Source of the DNA: Coriobacteriia bacterium
GTDB lineage: Bacteria > Actinomycetota > Coriobacteriia > Coriobacteriales > UMGS124
NCBI GenBank assembly: GCA_018368455.1
Contig: JAGZEG010000001.1
Span: forward strand, 199,276 to 263,275
Length of the DNA: 64,000 bases
Reading direction: 5' to 3'
A model generated the notes under the pieces. That model saw only the letters and a program-made list of their open reading frames with translations, was not told where the DNA came from and did not search any database. Below are positions 9,006 through 17,499 of this stretch, piece after piece. The position numbers and the translations under genes were made by a program. Each line of letters starts with the position of its first letter. Position 1 is the stretch's first letter.

Positions 9006-9047
9006 GGCTGTGATCCCGTCGCATGAGGATGCGTCGGGATCACAGCC
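9006..9047 (+). terminator. Long hairpin downstream of the ZinT-like gene (probable terminator)
   Basis: GGCTGTGATCCCGTCGCAT-GAGG-ATGCGTCGGGATCACAGCC. A 19 bp stem with one T:T mismatch, followed by TCTCGCCTTTGCG (weak U-tract). Confidence 0.45.
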
Positions 9048-9318
9048 TCTCGCCTTTGCGCGCCGGGAGGCGCACCCCCCTCGCCTGTCACGGAATCGCG
9101 CGTTTTCGGTCACTTTTGCGAGGTATGTATGGCGTGCCGGGACGGTGGGACGGTTGCTTAAGGCGTGAGCAAGCGAAACCGCAGGTTGAGAAGGTGTCAG
9201 CAAAGACGCCTGTCCCTGCGCGTAAAGAGGCGCCATACACGGCCCGCCTTTATGTCCACCCTGGCAGGCTTTCGTGCGAGTTGGAGGCGCGGCGCTCCTC
9301 GGAGGCGAGCATATACGC

Positions 9319-9356
9319 AAAAGGCGGGCCGCCTCGCTGTGGAGACGACCCGCCCG
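9319..9356 (-). terminator. Intrinsic terminator of pnp
   Basis: Minus strand: GGCGGGUCGUCUC-CACAGC-GAGGCGGCCCGCC (13 bp stem including 2 G:U pairs), followed by UUUUGCG. Lies 50 nt after the pnp stop. Confidence 0.7.
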
Positions 9357-9403
9357 GTTGCTTGCAATGCTAGGTGAGACGGCCTATGCCGGCTGAATTC
9401 GCC

Positions 9404-11698
9404 TTACGCCTCGTGGTGACGGCGCGGCTGACGGCCCATGCCGCCGCCGTTGCCGCCCTCGGAACGGCCACCGTTGGCGCCGCGGTCGCCGGGGCGACGG
9501 GGCGTGCGGCGCTCGGGACGCTCGCCGCCCTCACGATCGTGCCCGCCGTGACGCTCGTGACGCTCGCCGTTGCCGGAGCCAGCGGGAGCCTCGGGCTTGT
9601 CGATGCGATCGAGCGAGACCTTGCCCTTCTCGTCGACCTCGAGCACCTTGACGTGCACCTCGTCACCGACGTTGAGCACGTCCTCGACCTTCTCTACGCG
9701 GCCCTTCGCGACGCGGCTGATGTGGAGCAGGCCGTCCTTGCCGGGCAGCAGCTCAACGAAGGCGCCAAACGGCTGGATGCCCACGACGCGGCCGAAGTAC
9801 TCCTCGCCCACCTCGGGCTCCTTGACGAGCGCCTCGATGCGGGCGCGCGCCTCCTCGGCGCCGTTGTCGGACGCGCCGATGAAGACGGTGCCGTCTTCCT
9901 GGATGTCGATCTGGGCGCCCGTGTCCTCCTGGATGCCGCGGATCGTCTTGCCGCCGGAGCCGATGACATCGCGGATCTTGTCCGTCGGGATCTTGATCGT
10001 GATGATGTGCGGCGCGTTGTCGCGGACGTCAGGACGAGGCTCAGCGATCTGCTCGAGCATCTTGCCGAGGATGAACGCGCGGCCCTCCTTGGCCTGCTGC
10101 AGCGCGGTGCGCAGGATGTCGAACGTCAGGCCCGTGGCCTTGTTGTCCATCTGCATGGCGGTGATGCCCTCAGGCGTGCCCGTCACCTTGAAGTCCATGT
10201 CACCGAGGAAGTCCTCGAGGCCCTGAATGTCGGAGAGAACGACCGTCTTGCCCTCTTCCTGGATGAGGCCCATGGCGATGCCGGACACGGGGCGCTTGAT
10301 CGGCACGCCGCCGTCCATGAGCGCGAGACAGCTGCCGCACGTCGACGCCATGGACGAGGAGCCGTTGGACTCGAGCACCTCGGACACGACGCGGATCGTG
10401 TAGGGGAACTCCTCCTCGGAGGGGATGACCGGCAGCAGGGCGCGCTCGGCCAGGGCGCCGTGGCCGATCTCGCGGCGCTTGGGGCTGCCCATGCGGCCCG
10501 TCTCGCCGGTGCAGTACGGCGGGAAGTTGTACTGATGAATGTAACGCTTGCCGTCGACGGGCTCGATGGTGTCGAGGCGCTGCCAGTCGTTGAGCATACC
10601 GAGCGTCAGCACGGAGAGCACCTGGGTCTGGCCGCGCTGGAACAGGCCGGAGCCGTGGACGAGCGGCAGGTAGCCAGGCTTGACCATGATGGGGCGGATC
10701 TCGTCGGCGCGGCGGCCGTCAACGCGCTCACCCGTCTCGACGACCATGCAGCGCATGGCGTGCTTCTCGAGGCTCTTGAGCTCGACGGGCAGCTCGCGCT
10801 CGTACTGGGCCTGCTCCTCGTCGGTAAACTCGGCGATGATGGCGGCCTTGAGCTCGGCGACCTTGCCCATGCGCGACAGCTTGTCGGCGTCCTTGAGCGC
10901 GGCGCTCATCTCGTCGTAGTGAGCGAACACTTTGTCGTGGACGTAGGCGTTCGGCTCGTCGAGCGGGTACTCCTTGAGCTGGATGGGGCCGTTTGCTTCC
11001 TCGACCTTCTGGAAGAACACCTTCTGCTGCTCGCAGAACGCGCCGATGGCCTCCTGGCCGAACTGCATGGCGGCCAGCATGTCCTCTTCGGAGATCTCCT
11101 CGGCGCCAGCCTCGAGCATGGAGATGAAGTCGCCGGTGCCGGCGAGCTCGAGGTCGAGGTCAGAGTTGTCGCGCTCCTCGTACGTGGGGTTGACGAGGAA
11201 CTCGCCGGTGTCGCGGTCACGGCCGATGCGGACGCAGGCCAGCGGGCCCTCGAACGGCACGCCGCCGACGGTGAGGGCCGCAGAGGCGCCCATCGTGCAG
11301 ATGACGTCGAACGGGTTCTCCTGGTCGCACACGAACGACGTGGCGACGACCTGAACCTCATTGCGGAAACCGGACGGGAAGCTCGGGCGCAGCGGGCGGT
11401 CGATCATGCGGGCCGTGAGCGTGGCCTTGTCTGTCGGGCGCGTCTCGCGCTTGAGGTAGCCGCCGGGCAGGCGACCCACCGAGTACATCTTCTCGATGAA
11501 GTCGACCGTCAGCGGGAAGAAGTCGTAGTTCTTGCGCTCCTTGGACACGACGGCCGTGACGAGGATGGTCGTGTCGCCCTGCTTGACGAGGCAGGCGCCC
11601 GTGGCCTGCTTGGCCAGCTCGCCGGTCTCGAGGGTGTAGTGCTTGCCGTAGAGGTCGAACTCGTGCGTAACCTTCATGTGTGCTGTGCTCTCTTTCAT
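9404..11698 (-). CDS. pnp: Polyribonucleotide nucleotidyltransferase (PNPase) with Arg/Gly-rich C-terminal tail
   Basis: Two RNase PH-like domains plus KH plus S1 (…YFGRVVGIQPFGAFVELLPGKDGLLHISRVA…). Sits immediately downstream of rpsO. Start ambiguous: ATG 11698 (MKESTAHMKVT) or 11677; the ORF track extends to 11743. Confidence 0.95.
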   Translation of the reverse strand: MKESTAHMKVTHEFDLYGKHYTLETGELAKQATGACLVKQGDTTILVTAVVSKERKNYDFFPLTVDFIEKMYSVGRLPGGYLKRETRPTDKATLTARMIDRPLRPSFPSGFRNEVQVVATSFVCDQENPFDVICTMGASAALTVGGVPFEGPLACVRIGRDRDTGEFLVNPTYEERDNSDLDLELAGTGDFISMLEAGAEEISEEDMLAAMQFGQEAIGAFCEQQKVFFQKVEEANGPIQLKEYPLDEPNAYVHDKVFAHYDEMSAALKDADKLSRMGKVAELKAAIIAEFTDEEQAQYERELPVELKSLEKHAMRCMVVETGERVDGRRADEIRPIMVKPGYLPLVHGSGLFQRGQTQVLSVLTLGMLNDWQRLDTIEPVDGKRYIHQYNFPPYCTGETGRMGSPKRREIGHGALAERALLPVIPSEEEFPYTIRVVSEVLESNGSSSMASTCGSCLALMDGGVPIKRPVSGIAMGLIQEEGKTVVLSDIQGLEDFLGDMDFKVTGTPEGITAMQMDNKATGLTFDILRTALQQAKEGRAFILGKMLEQIAEPRPDVRDNAPHIITIKIPTDKIRDVIGSGGKTIRGIQEDTGAQIDIQEDGTVFIGASDNGAEEARARIEALVKEPEVGEEYFGRVVGIQPFGAFVELLPGKDGLLHISRVAKGRVEKVEDVLNVGDEVHVKVLEVDEKGKVSLDRIDKPEAPAGSGNGERHERHGGHDREGGERPERRTPRRPGDRGANGGRSEGGNGGGMGRQPRRHHEA

Positions 11699-11794
11699 CT
11701 CCGCTCGCCCCATTGCGAGCGGGCCGACTTCGCGCGATGGCACGTTCGTGTGCCCGCGCAGGCCTCCGATGCGGATGCTCGCAGGCCCGATAGC

Positions 11795-11818
11795 AAAAGG
11801 GGGCGGTCGCCCGCCCCC
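11795..11818 (-). terminator. rpsO terminator/attenuator hairpin preceding the pnp leader
   Basis: GGGGGCGG-gcga-CCGCCCCC followed by UUUUGC on the minus strand, 10 nt after the rpsO stop. Confidence 0.7.
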
Positions 11819-11827
11819 TTAGGCTTG

Positions 11828-12103
11828 CTACTTGATGTTGTCGCGGATACCGAGCTTCGCGATGAGCTCGCGGTACTCGTTGATGTCGTTGTCGCGGATG
11901 TACACGAGCAGACGACGACGCTGGCCGACGAGCATCAGCAGGCCACGGCGGCTGTGGAAGTCCTTGTGGTGGGACTTCATGTGCTCGGTCAGCTCCTTAA
12001 TGCGAGCCGTGAGAAGGGCGACCTGAACGCGGGCGCTGCCCGTGTCGTGCTCGTCCTTGCCGAACTCCTTGACGATAGCCGCGCGCTGTTCCTTGGTGAC
12101 CAT
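11828..12103 (-). CDS. rpsO: 30S ribosomal protein S15
   Basis: [69 protein letters not shown]... is the canonical S15 sequence. RBS GGAGGAG. Confidence 0.97.
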   Translation of the reverse strand: MVTKEQRAAIVKEFGKDEHDTGSARVQVALLTARIKELTEHMKSHHKDFHSRRGLLMLVGQRRRLLVYIRDNDINEYRELIAKLGIRDNIK

Positions 12104-12244
12104 GTAGCAACTCCTCCACGTAACGTGCGAGCCAGCGATGGGCCCGCGCCTCGCCTGTTCCGATTGGCTCAGGCGGCAGTCGCCTCGATCTGGGTGGGAA
12201 CCTGTGGTTGGATCGCCACCAAGGCCGAGGTCACAAACAAGAAA

Positions 12245-12253
12245 ATGATAGCA
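12245..12253 (-). promoter_or_regulatory. Candidate extended -10 promoter of rpsO (TGcTATCAT)
   Basis: Minus strand cgcgTGcTATCATtttc. It would give a 5' UTR of about 135 nt. The same TGcTAnnAT pattern precedes lepA, rpsT and the rubrerythrin gene. Confidence 0.4.
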
Positions 12254-12423
12254 CGCGGCGTTGTGCCTTTCTGCGAGACGCCGCGCATGCGCTGGCCTGC
12301 ACTAAGCGTCCATTATCGGAAGTATGTCTAGTGGGTAAGGCCATCGCAGTATACAGGCCGCACCTTCGGCTGGCTGGCGCGCTCCGGAGGTCTGGGCCGG
12401 GCGCCAACGGCAGGAGGGCCATC

Positions 12424-12801
12424 GTGGGCGAGACGATTGAGATCGAGAAGCTAGACTGCGCGCTGTCGGTGTGCAAGGTTGCGGACTACTCGCTCGTGGA
12501 CGTAGAGGATGAGTTCTGCTTCACGGGACATACCGATGAGGAGCGCTCTCTCGTCTGCCGTACCGAGTTGGTGCCGGCCAACGCGATCGCGCGCGAGGAC
12601 GGATGGCGCGCGTTTCGCGTCAAGGGCGTGCTCGACTTCTCACTCGTTGGTATCCTGGCACCGATCGCGACGCTGCTGGCGGACAACGGCATAAGCCTGT
12701 CAGCCGTCTCGACGTTCAACACAGACTACGTGCTTGTGAAGCAGGAGAGTTTCGAGCGCGCGCTCGCGCTGCTTGACCAGGCTGGCTATGCGGTGAGCTA
12801 G
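12424..12801 (+). CDS. ACT-domain protein (ACT_7-like)
   Basis: ORF track 12208..12801. Start set at GTG 12424, 6 nt after AGGAGG. The sequence ...WRAFRVKGVLDFSLVGILAPIATLLADNGISLSAVSTFNTDYVLVKQESFERA is typical of small ACT proteins. Confidence 0.7.
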   Translation: MGETIEIEKLDCALSVCKVADYSLVDVEDEFCFTGHTDEERSLVCRTELVPANAIAREDGWRAFRVKGVLDFSLVGILAPIATLLADNGISLSAVSTFNTDYVLVKQESFERALALLDQAGYAVS

Positions 12802-12849
12802 AGTCGTACGCGGCGGGTGCGCATCGGGGCCGCTTGTGCAGGGCGTCTG

Positions 12850-14313
12850 CTAAGCGCCGGTAGGCACAACGCGCGCGTGGAGCAGTCGCGTACGAGGGTC
12901 GTACGACTCGATGCAGGCGCGGACAAGGCCGGGCGTGACGGGTTCGACCATGCCCTGTGGGGCCTCGACGACGGCGCGATGGTAACTGGCCGTCGTACCA
13001 CGGGCAGAGCCGTCTGCGGCGATGCGTTCGACGAGAACGGGCTCGACCGTACCCACGCGTGCTGCGGCGTCTGTGGCGCGCAGCTCATCGGCCAAGGTGC
13101 GCAGGCGTTCGGAGCGGACCTGCGCCACGCGGGGATCCACCTGGTTGGGCATGGACGCGGCCGGCGTGTCGGGCCGTGCTGAGAAGCGAAAGACGTGCAT
13201 CTTCGAAAAGCGCATCTCGCGGCAGAACGCGAGCGTCTGCTCGAACTCCTCGTCCGTCTCGCCGGGGAACCCGACGATGACGTCCGTCGACAGCGAGAGC
13301 TCGGGCAGCTCGCTGCGTACCATCTCGACAACGTCGGCGAAGGTCTTCGTGTCGTAGGCGCGTCCCATGCGCGCGAGCGTCGCGTCGCAGCCGGACTGCA
13401 GCGGCAGGTGCAGGTGGGGACAGACGACGCCGCGCAGCTCCGCCATGGCGTGCGCGAGCTCGGGCGTCACGTCGGGCGGCTCGATGCTCGAGGCGCGCAC
13501 GATGGCGCGCTCCCTCGCCAGGTCGGACACCCTGCGCAACAGGCCGTCGAGGGCGATGGGCGCCCCGTCGGGGGCGGTGTCCCGATAGCGGCCCAGGTTG
13601 ATGCCCGAGAGCACGACCTCGCCGGCGCCTTCGGCTAGCACGGTGCCCACCTGGCGCTCGACTTCGGGAAGCGGCGACGAGCGCACCGGGCCGCGGGCGC
13701 GCCACACGATGCAATACGTGCAGCGGTTGTCACAGCCGTCCTGCACCTTGACGCCGCGGCGTAGGCGCGTCTCGTAAGTCGATGCCTCGTGGCCGTGGGA
13801 GACGGCGGGGGTGGTTGGCGCCGCGGCGACCGAGACGCTCTCTGTGGGATTGGCGGCCGCTGTGCTATCAGGCGCGAGGCAGCCGTGTTCCGCGCTTTCT
13901 GCACCGACACGCGCCTGCTCGTCAAACAGCCGCAGCGCCTCGCGAGCCACGTTTGCCTTGTCAGCGACGACGTGCACGCGCTCGCCCAGGGCGCGCGCCT
14001 CTTCGGGGAACAGGTTGGCGACGCATCCCGTCACGCACACGAGCGGGCGCTGGGGCAGGCTCACCGCGTGTCGGATGGCCTTGCGCGTCTTGGCCTCGGC
14101 CTCGCCCGTGACGGCGCACGTGTTGATCACGACAATGTCGGCGCTTCCCTCCCCTGCCGGTTCGCAGCCGAGCTCAGAGAGGGAGCGTTCCATCCAGTCG
14201 CTTTCGATGCGGTTGACCTTGCAGCCAAGGTTGACGACGCACGCCTTCACGCGGCGGGTGCTCACGGCAGACCGCGCTCTCGCTACGACAGTGCGTCGCG
14301 CAGGCGCTGCCAC
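12850..14313 (-). CDS. mtaB: Radical-SAM methylthiotransferase, MtaB-like (tRNA t6A37 methylthiolation)
   Basis: N-terminal UPF0004 cysteines ([24 protein letters not shown]). Radical SAM motif [18 protein letters not shown]-like C-terminus. Start uncertain: the ORF start overlaps the dnaJ 3' end by 31 nt, and GTG 14265 is an alternative. Confidence 0.85.
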   Translation of the reverse strand: MAAPARRTVVARARSAVSTRRVKACVVNLGCKVNRIESDWMERSLSELGCEPAGEGSADIVVINTCAVTGEAEAKTRKAIRHAVSLPQRPLVCVTGCVANLFPEEARALGERVHVVADKANVAREALRLFDEQARVGAESAEHGCLAPDSTAAANPTESVSVAAAPTTPAVSHGHEASTYETRLRRGVKVQDGCDNRCTYCIVWRARGPVRSSPLPEVERQVGTVLAEGAGEVVLSGINLGRYRDTAPDGAPIALDGLLRRVSDLARERAIVRASSIEPPDVTPELAHAMAELRGVVCPHLHLPLQSGCDATLARMGRAYDTKTFADVVEMVRSELPELSLSTDVIVGFPGETDEEFEQTLAFCREMRFSKMHVFRFSARPDTPAASMPNQVDPRVAQVRSERLRTLADELRATDAAARVGTVEPVLVERIAADGSARGTTASYHRAVVEAPQGMVEPVTPGLVRACIESYDPRTRLLHARVVPTGA

Positions 14314-15428
14314 GGCTTGCGGCTTGGCTTGCAGCCGTCTTTGCCGTCGAGCTGCTCGGCCAGCTCCTTCATGAGCTTACGCTGGTACTCCGTCAGCTTC
14401 TTCGGCACGACGACGTCGACGTGGGCCAGCAAGTCGCCGCGGCCCGAGCGGCCGACGCGCGGCATGCCCATGCCCTTGACGCGCACGACGTCGTCAAACT
14501 GGCAGCCGGCTGGGATGTCGACCGTGACCGTCTCGTCGGGCAGGATGCCCTCGACCTCGAGCGTCGTTCCCAGCGTCGCTTGCGTGATGGACGCCTCGAC
14601 GCGCATGTGCAAGTCATCCCCGTCGCGCTGGAAGTTCTTGTCGCCTGAGACCGCCACGGTGACGATGAGGTCGCCCGTGTGGGCGCCGCGCACGCCAGCC
14701 TCGCCTGCGCCGGAGATGCGCACCTGCTGGCCGTCGCGAATGCCGGCGGGAACCTCGACGCTCACGCGCTCGCGGTCAGGTGCGCGACCCTCGCCGTCAC
14801 AGTCGGGGCAGGGCTTGTCGATTTTCTGGCCTGTGCCGTTGCAGTCCGGGCACACGGAGCGCGTCTGCATCTGGCCGAGGAACGTGCGCTGCGTCGTGAC
14901 GACCTGGCCGGTGCCGTGGCACGTGGGGCACGTCACGTTCTTGCTGCCCTCGGCGCAGCCCGACCCCTCGCACGTCTTGCACGGGGCCATGCGGTTGTAG
15001 GCGATCTCCTTCGTGCAGCCCGTCGCGGCCTCCTGCAGCGTGATGCGCACGGTCGCACCCATGTCTCGGCCGTCCATGCGCACGGCGCGCCCGCCCGCCC
15101 CGCCGGCTGAGCCGGAGAAGAACGAGCTGAACAGATCGCTCATGTCAAAGCCGCCGAAAATGTCGCCGATGTCCGGGCCGCCCTGGCCATAGCCGTCGAC
15201 GCTCCCGTAGCGATCGTAGTACTCGCGCTTTTGCGGATCGGACAGCACGGCGTACGCCTCGTTGACCTCCTTGAAGCGCTCCTCGGCGTCGGGGGCCTTG
15301 TTGATGTCGGGGTGTAGCGTGCGCGCCTTCTGGCGGAACGCCTTCTGGATGTCGGACTCGCTTGCGTTGCGGTCGAGGCCGAGAATGGCGTAGTAGTCCT
15401 TAGGGGATGCGGAACCGGGCATGGCCAA
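14283..15428 (-). CDS. dnaJ: Molecular chaperone DnaJ (canonical type I)
   Basis: J domain with HPD (TLHPDINK), a G/F region, four CxxCxGxG repeats and a complete C-terminal domain (…[30 protein letters not shown]…). Confidence 0.93.
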   Translation of the reverse strand: MAMPGSASPKDYYAILGLDRNASESDIQKAFRQKARTLHPDINKAPDAEERFKEVNEAYAVLSDPQKREYYDRYGSVDGYGQGGPDIGDIFGGFDMSDLFSSFFSGSAGGAGGRAVRMDGRDMGATVRITLQEAATGCTKEIAYNRMAPCKTCEGSGCAEGSKNVTCPTCHGTGQVVTTQRTFLGQMQTRSVCPDCNGTGQKIDKPCPDCDGEGRAPDRERVSVEVPAGIRDGQQVRISGAGEAGVRGAHTGDLIVTVAVSGDKNFQRDGDDLHMRVEASITQATLGTTLEVEGILPDETVTVDIPAGCQFDDVVRVKGMGMPRVGRSGRGDLLAHVDVVVPKKLTEYQRKLMKELAEQLDGKDGCKPSRKPWQRLRDALS

Positions 15429-15583
15429 CCTTCTCTTGCGTGCTCCCGCGGCCCCTGGCGAGGCAACGTGCGGGAGGGCGCACCTGCGGACCTGAGTCGA
15501 GGCGCGCCGTTTCCTTAGACGTTTTCAGCCTTTGAATACTATCGCGGGGACATCGGATGAAACGGGCCTTCACTATATGAACA

Positions 15584-15617
15584 GGCCCCGGGACGACCGC
15601 ACGGCTGTCCCGGGGCC
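15584..15617 (-). terminator. Terminator of the membrane-anchored dnaJ-like gene
   Basis: Perfect 11 bp stem GGCCCCGGGAC / GTCCCGGGGCC with a 12 nt loop, followed on the minus strand by UGUUCAUAUAG. Starts 15 nt after the stop codon. Confidence 0.6.
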
Positions 15618-15631
15618 TGCGTGCCTGCGCG

Positions 15632-16732
15632 CTAGATGAAGAGGCGCGAGCACGACATGAGCGGCATGAGCAAAATGAACATGAACAGGCCGATGACGAG
15701 GCCGAAGCCGATGCGTCGTGCCGCGCGGTTCCAGAAGCTGCCGCCCTTCTTGCGCCCACCCATCGGGAACATGAAGAAGATGAAGAACAGCGGCAGGGCG
15801 AAGAACGAGAGCAGGCGCAGGATGGTCCCGGCGAACAGCGAGCACAGAACGAGGGCGAGAACGACGCCGAGCACCGTGAATCCAAACTCCTGGGAGCTTG
15901 TGAGGTGCTCGGAGGGAACGGTGAGCTCCGCCTCGAGATCCCCCTGCGCGCCGCCGCAGCGACCGGCGTCGCCGGCGCCCTTGACGCGCAGCACGGCGCC
16001 GTCGTGCGAGCCGGCGGGGATGTGGATGGCGACTGTAGCGCGGCGCAGACGAGTGCCCGAGCCGGAGCACTCGGGGCACAGGTCCTTGATGACCTTGCCG
16101 CTGCCGTTGCACTCGGGGCAGCGCATCGTCTGCTGCACGTCACCCATGAACGTCGTGAGGCGCGCGTTGACGGATCCCTTGCCGTGGCACGTCGGGCACG
16201 TGACGATGCCGTCGGAGGACTGGGTGCCCCGGCCCCCGCAGCTCGTGCACGCCTCGAAGCGCTCGAACGAGATCGTCTTCGTGGTGCCGTGTCGTGCCTC
16301 GTCCGCCTCGAGCGTCAATGAGATGCGACGGGATCCGCCGGGTTCGGTGGAGAAGGGCGCCGTGTTTGAGCGGCGCCGGCTTGCGGAGGCCTGGCCTGCA
16401 GCGCCGGCAAACGGGCCCCAGAACGGACCAAACGGGTCGAACGGCATGCCACCGAAGGGGGAGCCGCCCGTGGAGCCTCCAGCGCCGCCCGCGTAGGGAT
16501 TCTGCGTCGTGAAGCCCCCGGCGCGAATGACGTCGTAGCGCTGGCGCTTACCCGGGTCGGACAGCGTCTCGTACGCCTCAGAGAGCTCCTTGAAGCGCTC
16601 CTCGGCGTCGGGAGCCTTGTTGACGTCGGGGTGCATCGTCGCGGCCTTCTTGCGGAAGGCCTTCTTGATGTCGTCTGTGGAGGCGTCTTTGGGGACGCCG
16701 AGGATGTCGTAGAAGTCTTTGGTGTCTGCCAC
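15632..16732 (-). CDS. DnaJ-like protein: J domain + G/F + zinc finger + partial CTD-I, with a C-terminal three-helix membrane anchor
   Basis: GTG start 16730-16732. (M)ADTKDFYDILGVPKDASTDDIKKAFRKKAATMHPDVNK. Zinc-finger repeats CTSCGGRG, CPTCHGKG, CPECNGSG, CPECSGSG. The C-terminal 90 aa contain FGFTVLGVVLALVLCSLFAGTIL, LLSFFALPLFFIFFMFPMG and IGFGLVIGLFMFILLMPLM. Confidence 0.85.
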   Translation of the reverse strand: MADTKDFYDILGVPKDASTDDIKKAFRKKAATMHPDVNKAPDAEERFKELSEAYETLSDPGKRQRYDVIRAGGFTTQNPYAGGAGGSTGGSPFGGMPFDPFGPFWGPFAGAAGQASASRRRSNTAPFSTEPGGSRRISLTLEADEARHGTTKTISFERFEACTSCGGRGTQSSDGIVTCPTCHGKGSVNARLTTFMGDVQQTMRCPECNGSGKVIKDLCPECSGSGTRLRRATVAIHIPAGSHDGAVLRVKGAGDAGRCGGAQGDLEAELTVPSEHLTSSQEFGFTVLGVVLALVLCSLFAGTILRLLSFFALPLFFIFFMFPMGGRKKGGSFWNRAARRIGFGLVIGLFMFILLMPLMSCSRLFI

Positions 16733-16845
16733 GTGTGGCCGGCCTATCCCTCGGTACGAAGCGGGGCAAGCCGGTTGAGGGCCGGGTGAGCACCCGCGAA
16801 AACGTGCTGGGGATATTCTACCCAGCGCAGGGCGGCAACACGAAA

Positions 16846-17155
16846 CGCCCAGAATGCCGAGGTGTTTTCAGGAAAGCGGGCCAGGGTTTAACGCGCGCTT
16901 CCGGAGGTGCCATGCAGGCGGGCTCGGATTGCGGTTCTGCAGGGTTTTGCAAAACGGGGGCGCGAATTTGGGCGTGAAACGCGGCTGTGCTGGGTTTGCC
17001 TGCTAGAAATCTGCGCGGCTTCTGGTGGCTTTTGGAGGTATGCCGTTCTAGCCTGCGTGTTTCGCGTGCGCCCCGTGGACAGCTGCTCCTTTCGGTTCGC
17101 GCAAACCTGGCACAAAAGAAATGCGCGCCCAAAATGATGGGCTGGTTTTGCATAA
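16846..17155. repeat. Non-coding degenerate repeat modules (left flank of flavoprotein gene)
   Basis: Modules shared with 19283-19505:
- GATTGCGGTTCTGCAGGGTTTTGCA (16927-16951)
- GAATTTGGGCG (16964-16974)
- GTGCTGGGTTT (16987-16997)
- TCTGCGCGG (17010-17018)
- CGCGCCC..GGTTTTGCA (17124-17152)
Includes the 12 bp palindrome GTTTTGCAAAAC (16944-16955). Confidence 0.45.
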
Positions 17156-17499
17156 CATTGCTGAAGCGTGGATCTTGCCAGGCTGCTGGGGTGCACGGAA
17201 GCAGGGAAGCGGCACGTCGTGCAGGTGAAGAGCTTAGCGGGGGACGTGGTGGTCGCCGTAGTTGCGCGTCGATGCTTTCTTGCGAGGCGAGCAAAGCGAT
17301 TGGTGGCGTGTGATCAGCTGTCGACATTCACCGGCACATTACGAAGCGCTCAGCGACTGTATCGAAAAAGGTGCTTCACATAGTTTTCACATTGATGCAT
17401 GATGTGCGTTGTCCGGTTCGCAGTGCGATATAGGGATCGCGAGGCGAAGCGTGGCATTGCACTCGACCACGAAACACAAGGTAAAGGGGGACGTATCTG

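Noticed and set aside
9374-12331. Very long plus-strand ORF (985 aa) opposite pnp/rpsO. Similar giants occur at 57136..60657 (+, 1173 aa), 4390..6780 (+), 2789..4393 (+), 40692..42509 (+) and 22120..23550 (+).
   Set aside because: All are antisense to genes with unmistakable conserved products. Their translations are low-complexity and rich in Arg, Ala, Gly, Asp, Leu, Val and His. This is the usual stop-codon-poor shadow frame of high-GC DNA.
15400-16143. Alternative frames behind the membrane J-protein (15400..16143 -, 15573..16112 -) as a frameshifted DnaJ C-terminal domain.
   Set aside because: Neither frame contains anything like the DnaJ CTD-II (F.R.G.DL...LG) or the dimerisation region. 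The in-frame hydrophobic tail uses sensible codons and ends 15 nt before a terminator.
16818-17327. ORFs inside the long spacers (16818..17327 -, 16987..17313 +, 16735..16977 +, 19140..19460 -, 19189..19500 -) as possible small proteins. Their apparent peptide similarity (AQIRAPVLQNPAEP vs AQIQSLKIQNPAHP) was also considered.
   Set aside because: They have no RBS, no recognisable domain and Arg/Pro/Ser-rich composition. The peptide similarity simply mirrors the shared DNA repeat modules, which are shuffled in order and so are not colinear coding sequence.
16733-17499. Possible decayed hrcA pseudogene in the 767 bp spacer.
   Set aside because: Reading all six frames, I found nothing resembling HrcA (no winged-helix N-terminus, no conserved C-terminal segments). 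The region is instead made of short repeat modules.
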